This document shows positions 12,941-23,800 of a stretch of 64,000 nt of DNA, in pieces (positions within the stretch are counted from its first letter, which is position 1; the number at the start of each line of letters is the position of its first letter). The stretch spans positions 8,369 to 72,368 of the forward strand of contig DKNE01000024.1 of NCBI GenBank assembly GCA_002470645.1. Reading direction: 5' to 3'. The translations under genes and the position numbers were made by a program. This DNA comes from Patescibacteria group bacterium UBA7396 (lineage in GTDB: Bacteria; Patescibacteriota; Gracilibacteria; BD1-5; UBA6164). Below the pieces are notes generated by a model that saw only the letters and a program-made list of their open reading frames with translations, made no database searches and was not told where the DNA came from.

Positions 12941-13000
12941 GTTTACTTTTACTTTTTTTTCCTTATATTAAGGGGGAATTTATTTTTTGTATATGAAAAG

Positions 13001-15637
13001 ATGATTATTGCTTTAGATTTAGAAACTACGTGAATTGACTCAAAACGCGATAAAATTTTAGAAGTAGCGTTAGTGAAATTTGATGAAAATACTTTTGAAA
13101 TAATAGATACTTATTCCACTCTTATAAATCCTTGAATAGCTATTCCAGAAGTTATTTCTAATATCACAAATATTTTTGATGATGATGTAAAAAATGCTCC
13201 TATTTTTGATGATGAACAAATACAAAAAATAGAAAACTTTATTCAAGACTTCCCTATTTTATGACATAATACTAATTTTGATAGAGATTTTCTTTTACAA
13301 AATAGGGTGGACATAAAAGAAAATATTGTTCTTGATACATTTGTGTTGGCAAATATTATTTTCCCATATGAAAAATCACTTAATCTTTGAAATCTTTGTC
13401 AGAGTTTTTGAATAGATCTATCAGATGCTCATAGAGCTCTTGATGATACAAAAGCAACGGTAGAATTATTTCATGTTATAACAAAGCAATTTTTACAACT
13501 CTCTCAAGATAAAAAAGATATTTTAAATTTTTTATTTTCTAAGACAAATGTAGCATCATTTTCTTTTTATAAAGGCTTATTTAATTTTTCTCAAGATATT
13601 ATTGATGAAGAAAAATTTATAAAAAAAATATTAAAAATAGTTTGAAAATATAAATGAGAGGAAACTCAAGAAATATTTTTTGAAAAAGAAATTACCAATG
13701 AGTTTATAAAAAATATTTTTGAAACACTTCCACATTCAGAATTGAGAGAAAATCAACTTGAAATGGCATATAAAATAAAAGAAGTATTATTTGATGAGAA
13801 AAAAATAGCAATAGAAGCTCCTACATGAGTATGAAAAACATTTGCATATCTTATTCCATCTATTTTAAAATCGCTTAAGACAAAAGAACAAGTTATTATT
13901 TCTACTAATACAAAAGCACTTCAAGACCAAATTTTTTATAAAGATTTACAGTTTTTAGAACAAAATTTAGAATATAAATTCCAGTATTCAAAACTAAAAT
14001 GAAGAAAAAATTATTTTTCTATTTCCAGATATTTTGAATTTATTTTTTCAAATAGAGACTTTTATACTGATGAAATTTGATTTTTATCAAAAATTTCATT
14101 ATGGCTTTTTGATACTCAATTTTGAGAATTAGATGAACTTAATTTTTATCCTCAAGAAAATTATTTTGTAAAAAACATCCATTCAGATCATTTTCTTGTT
14201 TTGTTTGAAAGTAATGAATATAAACAATATGAATATATTTTTAAAGCAAGATCAAAAGCATCTCAAGCGCAAATAGTGATTATAAATCATTCACTTCTTA
14301 TTCAAGACACTCACTCAACACAACCAATTTTTGGACAAATTCAAAACTTAATTATAGACGAAGCCCATAACTTAGAAGATACACTTACGGATGCTATGAT
14401 AAAAACTTTCTCACTACAAAGCTTAAAAGATAGTATTGATAAAGTCCAAAACATTCTTAAAAAATCAAATTTTCAAATAGACAATCTTGACAAAAAATTT
14501 GAAAATTTATTTTCTCAAGTAAGTTTTTTATTTGATATATTTTCAGATTATGCAAATAAACAAAATACTTTTTGAAATGAGTCATTTCAAGCACTTATTG
14601 AACCAAACTTTTTCTCAGAGCATGAAAATATACATACTCTTATCCAAACAATAGAGATTCAATATGTAGAAATATTTAATTACCTTCAAACTTCACCTGA
14701 TAAAGTATTTCAATCTCTCAAAACAGAAATTTCAAATTTAGAAGAAGCATGAGAAATAATGAAAATATGTTCTAATAATGACTCAAGAAAATCATATATT
14801 CAAATGTTTTCTATTAATAGAAGTGGAAATAATACACTCTATTATACAGTATTAAATCCGGGAATATTTTTACAAAGTATTATTTGGGATAAAATACCAA
14901 ATATAGCGATTACTTCAGCGACATTGCAAATAAATAACTCTTTTGATTATATAAATAGCACTCTCCATTTAACAGATTTTGAATTTTTTGCACTTCAAAG
15001 TGATTTTGATTATTCTCGTCAAGCACTTTTATTTATTCCTAATGATTTAGGCTCTATTAAATACAACAATCCAAAGATAAATGAATTTGTTTTATCTTTT
15101 CTTACTTTAGTAAAATGAAAAACTCTTGTTTTATTGACCAGCTTTAATGCTATTCGTGATTTATATTTAACACTCAATCTACCATTAAAAAAAATAGGAA
15201 CATCAGTTTTAGCACAATGAGTGTGATGAAGTAAACATAAAATAGCGAATCATTTTAAAAAATATTCTGCATCAAGCGTGATACTTGGAACTGATAGCTT
15301 TTGGGAGTGAGTTGATATACCATGAGATGATTTAAAATACCTATTTATTCATAAATTTCCTTTCTTAGTTCCTACAGATCCGATTTTTAAAGCCAGAGGA
15401 AGTTTATATAAAGATTCTTTCAAAGAATATTCTATACCAAAAGCTATTATAAAAACAAAACAATGATTTTGAAGACTTATTAGAACTAAAAAAGATACCT
15501 GAATTGTTATTTTATTAGATGATAGATATTATTCTACTTCTTGGGGAGCTATTATGAGGGCAAGTTTTCCAGATAATATAAAAATAAAAATAGGAACTTC
15601 TCAAAATTTTTTAGAATTATTTAAAACTAAGTTATAA
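13001..15637 (+). CDS. dinG: Bifunctional 3'-5' exonuclease / DinG-family ATP-dependent helicase (878 aa)
   Basis: The N-terminus carries a DEDD exonuclease domain (MIIALDLETTGID...AHRALDD). It is followed by APTGVGKT (Gly as TGA) and a DEAH box, IIDEAHNLED. Track ORFs 14201..14575 and 14759..15118 are in the same frame. The stop is TAA at 15635-15637. Confidence 0.85.
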
Positions 15638-15655
15638 TTAAAACTTAGTTTTTTA
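15623..15655 (+). terminator. Rho-independent terminator overlapping the dinG stop
   Basis: AAAACTAAGTT / AACTTAGTTTT forms an 11-bp stem with a T-run. Confidence 0.7.
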
Positions 15656-15745
15656 AAAAGTCTAGTTAAAAATGTATGTGATTTTTTTGTAATTTATAAA
15701 AATATATGCTATTATTATTACGTTATATATTTTAATTTATAAACT

Positions 15746-16636
15746 ATGTTTGACAACAAAGAAAAAAAAGATTCTTCTCATCAAGAAAATTATACAGAAA
15801 ATATTTTTGAAGAATTATCATGAGAACTTGATTTTGGTAAAGATGCTCCTTGAAATCAATCAAAAAAGAAGCAACCACAAGATTATATGAAAATTTGAAT
15901 TACCGTATTTTCAATTTTAAATGTAATATTAATATTATTTTTTGCTTTCTCACTTTTATATGTAAAAGTACAAAAAAATCCTGAAAATACTTCAAAGTCT
16001 ATAATGGATCCATTTTGTTTTTTGATATTATGAGATTTAAGAGAAAAAAATCTCTCAGATTCATGTTCATCTTTAACTTCATTAAATAATGCATATGCTT
16101 GAAAAATAGAGGAAATAAAAAATCAATTTGCTACTAAAATGGAAGCATTGTTTTTAGACTTATATACTATTGAAAATTTTGGTTTTTCACAAGAAGTATC
16201 ATTTCTTATGGATAATAAAACAAATAAAATGAAAATTATAGATATGTTAAATGATTTTGATAAATTAAAAAATGACTATGCAGCTTGAGATAAAAAGCAA
16301 GTTGAGTGTAATTCTATCAAAGTAAATAGTGATAATACTCTCAATATGAGTTGTGAAGTCTATAGTTCAAGTTGGGATAGAGTTGATATTGGAAATGGAT
16401 TATGAATAGTTTGAGATACGTGAGATAGAAAAAATAGTTTGATAGAATGAACAAGTATATCAGCGGCAGCGAGTTTTTTGAACTTTATAGAAAAAAACTC
16501 ATCATATAATTTTCAAATCATAGAAAAACAAAAAATTTTTGGTGCTGAGGTGGTATGAGAATGACCATACGTAAGAAAAACAAAAGTTGATTTAAAATTA
16601 AAATATAATAATTTAAAAAATAATTTATCTTTATAA
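15746..16636 (+). CDS. Bitopic membrane protein (296 aa), probable pilus-assembly accessory component
   Basis: I read the frame from the ATG at 15746 through to TAA at 16634-16636. A charged N-terminus is followed by one TM helix (ITVFSILNVILILFFAFSLLYV). The gene lies immediately upstream of pilB/pilC. Confidence 0.5.
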
Positions 16637-16645
16637 TCTTTGAAT

Positions 16646-17914
16646 ATGGAAGACTTAAAATTAGAAAAAGAACTCTCTCTATTGAAAAATAAACTTATCC
16701 TTTCTTGAATTTTTACTATTCTTTTATTTGTTTTAATAGGAGTTTACACATATCCACAATTAAAATCTGTTTCTTTATTGAAAGCTGAAACTACTCAGAG
16801 AGTGAATGAATATGAAACATATGTTCAAAAATGAATTACTGATATATCTATTTTTGAAAATAAAATAAAAGAACCAGTAGTAAAAAAACTACTTGTTTCT
16901 GAAGAGGGGAAAAATTTTTTTACTACTGAATTTAAAAATGAAACTTCACAACCATATGAAACATTTCTTTGAGAAAAAGAAAAATATATAGATGATATGA
17001 AAAAATCATGAGTTATTGATGAAAGAAATCAACAAATTGCAAAAGTACTTCCATCATATACTGAATGATATTCAGTAGATGGAAACATGACTGATTTAGC
17101 TTTTGTTAACTATGTGGAATCTCTTTTAAGAACATTTCAATTAAGAACAACATCAAAAATTTGAATAGAAAATCTAGTTCCAGTAGATGAAACTCAAACA
17201 GAAGTAAGTACCCAAATTTTTTATATTCCATTGAGACTAGATCTTGTTTGAAGAAAAGCAGATATTGTTGAATTTTTATATTTTTTACAAAATGTATGAT
17301 TAGTGGCAACGATTGATGAAAAAAATAATAATGCCTTAGTATTCCATAGTGATAATCTTGTAAATAGAATTATTGCATGACAAAAAAGAACACTGAGTTA
17401 CAATATATATGAAAATAAATTAGTAGATATAGAGTCAGTAGAATTTAATTCATATATTGATAATTCAACTACTCCAAGACCAGCATCTCAACTATCCCCA
17501 CAATGATTTTTTACTTTTTTAAAAAATGGAAGTGAAAAAAATGATGAATATTCTATTTTAATTGATTTGAAATTTTATGTAAAATGACTTCCTACATATA
17601 AAATAGAAGTATTTGTCGAAAGTGTAATTAAAAAATACAGAGATATGAGTGTTCAAGTAGAATCAATTCTATCAGAAGCAAGAAATAGAAAAACTATGCT
17701 TTTAAATGGAAATATAGTTGAAATCATACCAACTATGAAAAGTATTGATACTTATTTAACTCAAGTAGAACCACAAATAAATAGATTACAAAATGGATTA
17801 AATAAAAAAGAAAATTTAAATAATATTTATAAATCTGCATCAGAATTGAATTATGAGTTATGAAATTTAGAACAATATATTACTTCTGTTCAATTGGACG
17901 AAAATAAAAAATAA
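16646..17914 (+). CDS. Bitopic membrane protein, PilO-like (422 aa)
   Basis: ATG at 16646, with one TM helix (ILSGIFTILLFVLIGVYTY) followed by coiled-coil segments. A segment IFYIPLRLDLVGRKADIVEFLYFLQN resembles the PilO core. Track ORF 17645..17863 is in the same frame. Confidence 0.5.
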
Positions 17915-17929
17915 AATTAATTTTTACTT

Positions 17930-19198
17930 ATGAATTATAAAGAAACTGTCAATAATCTTAGAGACCTTGTATATAGTTGAGAAAATGTCCAACTTATTTG
18001 TGACTATGTTATTTTATGAGCTGTTTTATCATGAGCATCAGATATACATATTGAACCATTATCTAGCTTTGTTCGTTTAAGATATAGAATTGACGGAGAA
18101 TTAAAAGAAATTCTTGAATATCAAAATTTTCTTCACACAGGTATTGTAGCTAGATTTAAAATATTGTCAGAGTTGAAAATTGATGAGTCGCGTATTCCAC
18201 AAGATGGAAGAATTTCTAAAACCATAGAAGAAAAACCACTTGATTTGAGAGTCTCAACTCTTCCAACGGTTCATGGAGAAAAAATAGTAATGAGAATTGT
18301 TGATAAATCAAAAAAAATTCCGAAACTTGAAGATTTATGAATAGAAGGTCAAAATTTAGATCTTATCAAGGCGGCAATTGCTCTTCCAAATGGAATTGTT
18401 ATAACATCTTGACCGACTTGATCTTGAAAATCTACTACATTGTATGCGGCACTAAGTTTATTAAATAAAGAGAATGTTAATATAATGACCTTAGAAGATC
18501 CTGTTGAAAATCAAGTAGATGGAATAAATCAAAGTCAAGTAAAACCACAAATATGATATACATTTGCATATTGACTCAGGACGGCATTAAGACAAGACCC
18601 AGATATCATAATGGTATGAGAAATTAGAGATAAAGAAACTATAGAAATAGCGATAGAAGCATCTCTTACTTGACATCTTGTTTTGTCTACAATACATACA
18701 AATTCTGCTGCTGAAACATTGACAAGAGTTATCCAAATGGGAATACAACCTTTTTTAATACCAGCATCATTTAATGCGGTAATTGCACAAAGATTAATTA
18801 GAAAACTTTGTCCACATTGTAAAAAAGAAATAGGAGTTCAAAATTTAGACAAAGATACTTTATATAATATCCAAAATGCATTGAAACTTACAAAAAAAAC
18901 AGAACTGACAACAAGAGTATCTCCAGAAATATTAAAAAGTCCAAAATTTTATGAACCAGTAGGGTGTGAACATTGTGACCATACTGGGTATAAGTGAAGA
19001 GTTTGATTATATGAGGTTCTTGAAATGACAGATGGAGTAAAAGAAATGGTTTTAAATGGACAAAGTGCCTTTAATATTAATAAGCAAGCCATACAAGATG
19101 GAATGATATCTTTAGAGCAAGATGGTATAATGAAAGCACTCAATGGACTGACTTCATTACAAGAAGTATATAGTGTTGCTAAGACTCAAAACAATTAA
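17930..19198 (+). CDS. pilB: Type IV pilus / type II secretion assembly ATPase, short form (422 aa)
   Basis: The sequence contains ASDIHIEP...RLRYRIDG and Walker A GPTGSGKST (all three Gly as TGA at 18410-18427). It also has the Asp box, Walker B DPDIIMVGEIRD, the His box LVLSTIHTN, and a tetra-Cys motif CPHC...CEHC. Confidence 0.9.
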
Positions 19199-19226
19199 AT
19201 ATTTATATTTATAACGATAGTGAAAT

Positions 19227-20384
19227 ATGTCAGATATATTTATATTAGACGAAGAGAATAAAAAAGTATCTTGATTATGAAATAATGCCAAGGCAAAAAA
19301 AACATTTCTTTCTAAAATAGATGATTATATTCTTTCAAAACAGTCTTTAACAATAAGAGATAAGGTTATTTTTTTCCGTCTTCTTTCAACAATGTTAAAT
19401 TCATGAATTACTCTTTCAAAATGAGTATCTATCTTGGAAAAACAGGAAAAAAGACCAACGGTATTAAAAAGTATTCTTAATAGATTTATTAAAGAACTAA
19501 AGGAATGAAAAGGATTGTCAGAGTGTTTAGCTATGTATCCAACATCTTTTTCTGCTGCTGAAGTATGAATGATAGAATCTTGAGAAAAAACTTGAAAATT
19601 AAATATTTCTTTGAAAGATTTAGCAGAGCAAGTAGAAAAAATAGCATCTATAAATGGAAAATTAAAAGCTGCTCTTATGTACCCTGCTATGATAGTTATC
19701 GTTATTATATGAGTAATAATTGTAATGATGACTATGGTTGTGCCTAAATTATTAGAAATTTTTGAATGATCAAATAATCTTCCGTGGACTACACAAGTGC
19801 TAATTTGAGTATCAGATTTTTTTGTTTATTATTGGTGGTTATTTTTATGAATTGTATTTTGTTCTGTTTTTGGAGTACTTATATGGAAGAAAACACCTTC
19901 ATGAAAATACTATTTTGATAAAATATTGTTGCGTATTCCTATTTTTTGAATGGTTTCACAAAAAATAATACTTTCAAAATTTTCTAGAGTTTTATCGTGA
20001 ATGTTGAAATCGTGAGTATCCATTGTTGAGTCTCTCAGAATCACTTCAGATGCAGTATGAAATGAAGTATACAGACAAAGAATTTTGTTTTTAAGAGATG
20101 ATATTAAAAAATGACTTAAAATATATGAATCACTTGAAGATGATCCTCTTTTTCCAGAAATGATGGTTTCTATGATTCAAATATGAGAACAAACAGCAAA
20201 AGTTGATGAAATTATATTAAAGGTAGCAGATTTTTATGATGAAGAGGTTGATAATACTATTTGAGCTATTAATAAATTATTAGAACCAATAATTATCGTA
20301 ACTATGTCTATAGTAGTATGATTCATAGCAATGGCTATTATGCAACCTATAATGAATTTGGCAGATACTGTTACGAATTCATAA
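19227..20384 (+). CDS. pilC: Type IV pilus / T2SS platform protein (385 aa)
   Basis: Two T2SSF-type repeats are present (RLLSTMLNSGITLSKGVSIL... and FSRVLSGMLKSGVSIVESL...) with three TM segments. The stop is TAA at 20382-20384. Confidence 0.9.
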
Positions 20385-20396
20385 CTCCATATTTTA

Positions 20397-20431
20397 AAAA
20401 CCTTAAAAAAGATCTTTAAGGTTTTTATTTT
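20397..20431 (+). terminator. Rho-independent terminator after pilC
   Basis: AAACCTTAAA / TTTAAGGTTT forms a 10-bp stem followed by a T-run. Confidence 0.7.
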
Positions 20432-20466
20432 TATGTGAAGAAAGTGTGAAAACTCAGATTTAATAT

Positions 20467-20493
20467 TTGACTTTTTTATATAAAATCTATAAT
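20467..20493 (+). promoter_or_regulatory. Promoter candidate P1 for the S-layer-like gene (TTGACT-15 nt-TATAAT)
   Basis: TTGACT lies at 20467-20472 and TATAAT at 20488-20493. The 15-nt spacer is short. Confidence 0.3.
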
Positions 20494-20550
20494 TTGAGCT
20501 AGTATTTATATGTGTTCCTTAAAATAATCTGAAAATTGTAAGTAAAAATT

Positions 20551-20579
20551 TTGTAATTTTATCATTTTTATGATAAAAT
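20551..20579 (+). promoter_or_regulatory. Promoter candidate P2 for the S-layer-like gene (TTGTAA-17 nt-TAAAAT with extended -10 TG)
   Basis: TTGTAA lies at 20551-20556, TG at 20571-20572 and TAAAAT at 20574-20579. This promoter would give a 5' UTR of about 300 nt. Confidence 0.4.
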
Positions 20580-20884
20580 CGTTTCACTTTAAAGTTTTCT
20601 CTTGAATGAGTGTGTTGTTATAACGCAGGAAAAAGAAAAATAGAGTTGAATATAATTGACTGTATTTTTTCTTTCCTGAGTTATGCATATGCAAACTTCA
20701 GGTTAAGGCTTTAACCTTTTTAGAGATTTTCTCTAAAAGAAGAGTATACCTAATTCTCTTTAAAAATTTAGGTTTGCTATTTTATATAGTAATAATTGGT
20801 CTGAAGGGGAAGCCTTTCAATCATGATATATTCTAAAATTATTTAGAATACATTGTATTTTATTTTTATAACTTATATTTTTAT

Positions 20885-23800
20885 ATGAGTAATACTTTAT
20901 TTAAAAAAGCTACGGCTTCTGCTGCTGCTTTATCAATAGTATTATCAGTAGTAGCTCCAGTTGTAGGAGTAAAAGCTGCTGATGCTTCTGTTGACGCTGC
21001 TAACAGATTAGCTTCTTTAGGAGTTATCGTTGATAATTCTGCAAATCCTTCAAGTTATAACTTAGGGTCAAGCATTACAAGAAGAGAAATGTTAAAAGTA
21101 ATGATGAATTTATCTTCAGTAGAAGTTACTGAAACTTGTGAAGGTAAATTTTCAGATCTTCCTGCTTCTGATTGGGGATGTAAATATGCTGAAGCTGCTT
21201 TAAAAGCTGGTTTCATTGCTGCTAATGCTAAATTCAGACCTAATGATTTAGTTACTGAAGCTGAAGCTTTAAAAATGATTATGCAAGCTAGAGGTGTAGC
21301 TGCTGCTGAAGGTGTTGAACCTTGGGGAGAAGCTTACAGACAAGCTGCTGTTACTGCTGGTGTTTTATCAGCTGGAACAACTGTTTCATCTACTTCTGCT
21401 GCTAAAAGATCAATGGTATTTGTTTCTGCTGATTCAGCAGTTTCAGTAACTACTGGAACTTCATCTGAAGAAGACGATACAGAAATCGATCTTGGTGATT
21501 TATTTGGTGATTTATTTGGTGAAGATGGTGAAGATTTAGAAACTAATACTGGTTCTACTTCTACTGGTTCAACTAATAATAATACTGGTTCTACAGTTGT
21601 AGTTACTGGAGGTGATGTTGAAGTTTCTTTAAACCCAGCTTCTCCTACTTCAGGAACTCAAATTCCTAATGTTGGTACTATCAGATTCGCTAAAGTAGAT
21701 TTTACTGCTGGTGATAAAGATGTATCAGTGAATACTATTGAATTAGGTTCAGTTGGTTTAGCTGCTGTTCCAACTTCAACTAGAGTATGGTTTGAAAAAG
21801 ATGGTAGAAGACTATCTGGAAGAGCTGCATTTTCTTCTGATAGAACTGCTGTAGTTTCTTTCGCTCCTGCTTACGTTGTTAAAGCTGGTTCTACTGAAAC
21901 TTTAGATTTATATGTTGAATTAAATACTGTTGCTGGAAATGATTTCCAATTTTCTGGAAAAATTACTTCTAGTTCAGCTGCTAATAACAAAGGAATGTTT
22001 ACAACTTCTGCTTTAAGAACAGCTTCTTATACAGTTGCTCCTATTGATTTTGAATCTTCTGGAGCTGGTTCTATCTATAATCAATCTGAAGATTATGTAG
22101 AATTAGGTAGATTTAGAGTTGCTAATAGAGATACTTCTTCTGAAACTAGAGATGTAACTTTCCAAAGTATTACTTTAAGACAAAATGGTAACGGAGACTT
22201 AACAGATCTTTCTGATTTATATATCGAAAGAAATGGTGTAAAAGTTTCTAAAGAAGTTTCTACTTCTGGTAAAGATGCTACTTTTGTTTTAAATGATACT
22301 GTTAAAGATGGTGCTTCAGCTATTTACTACGTAAAAGCTAAAGTATTAAATGTTCAAAATAATAATGGAGATACTTACCAATTCTCATTAAGAAATGATC
22401 AAGATTTAAGTGCTGTTGAAGTTCTTAACGGATACAGATCAACTGTAACTAGAGTTACTTCTGACTTAAATACTTACACTGTTAATGGTTCAGATGTTAC
22501 TTTCGCTAGAGATACTTCAGTTGAATTATCTAAAAACTATGCTAAAGGAACAAATGATGTAGTATTATTACAAGGTACTGTTACTACTAAAACTCCTATT
22601 ACATTAGAAGATCTTACATTACCATTCAATTCTAGCGTTGCTGTAAATCAATTATTTGATACAGTTTACCTACAAATTGGTGCATCTACTATGACTTGGT
22701 CAGCTTCTAGTGCTACTGGAACTACTGGTTCAGCAGTATTTAATGGTCTTGCTACTGTAAACAGTTCTGCAACTATTAAAATTTATGCAAAATTAAAAGA
22801 CAATGCTCCTGCTGCTAACTTCAGATTTGAAGATTTAAGATTAACTTCTTTTGCTACAAGAGAATATGTTTCTAATCAAAATAGAGTTGATTCTGCTGTT
22901 GGTACTATCTCTGCAGTTCAAGTATCTGTTGATTCTACTGGATTAAGCATTACTAGAGTTGATGGACTTGGTAATACAAATATCGCAGTTGGTTCAAAAG
23001 GTGTATTAGTAAATGGACTTAGTTTAGCTGTTACTCAAGGTAATGACGTAAACGTTTCTAATGCTGAATACTCACTAGTTGGATCATCTGGTTCATATGC
23101 TAATAATGCATTTGCTACATTATACGTTGATGGAACTCCTGTTTCTACAAAAACTATTAATGGAACTACTGTTAAATTTGATAACTTATCTAAAGTAGTT
23201 GGTAAAACTGCTGTTAAATTAGAATTAAGAGTTGATTTCTCTGATGCTTATGCTTCAGGAAAATTCGTAGCTAAATTATCTAATTTAGATATTATTGATA
23301 CTTTAACTTCAAATAGTATTACTACTTACTCTGTTCCTTCTTCAGCTGAATTTACAGTTGCTGATGCTAAAGGTATTCTATCTGTTTCAGATAATAATCC
23401 TAAAGCTTCACTATTCTTAGCTGGTGATAAAGATCAAAGAGTATTAGCTTTCAGAATTAAAGCTGAAAATGATTCTATTAAATTAAGAGACTTAGTGTTT
23501 ACTGGTTCTAACTTAGGTAACCTATCTAACTTCAGAGTTTTAACTCCAACAAATAAATACCTTGCTGCTACATTAAGTAATGGTACAAGTGTTGAATTTA
23601 AAAACTTAAATCCAGAAGACTCTATCGCTCAAGATAGAACTGAAACTTTCTACTTAGTTGCTGATATTAATACTAATGTTAATGAAACATTTAACGTTGC
23701 ATTAGATAAATCTCAAGTACAAGTAAGAGGATCTAATGGTACAATTAAAGCTATTGATGCTTCATCAGTAAATGTTGCTTCTAATCTACATTTAGTTGCT

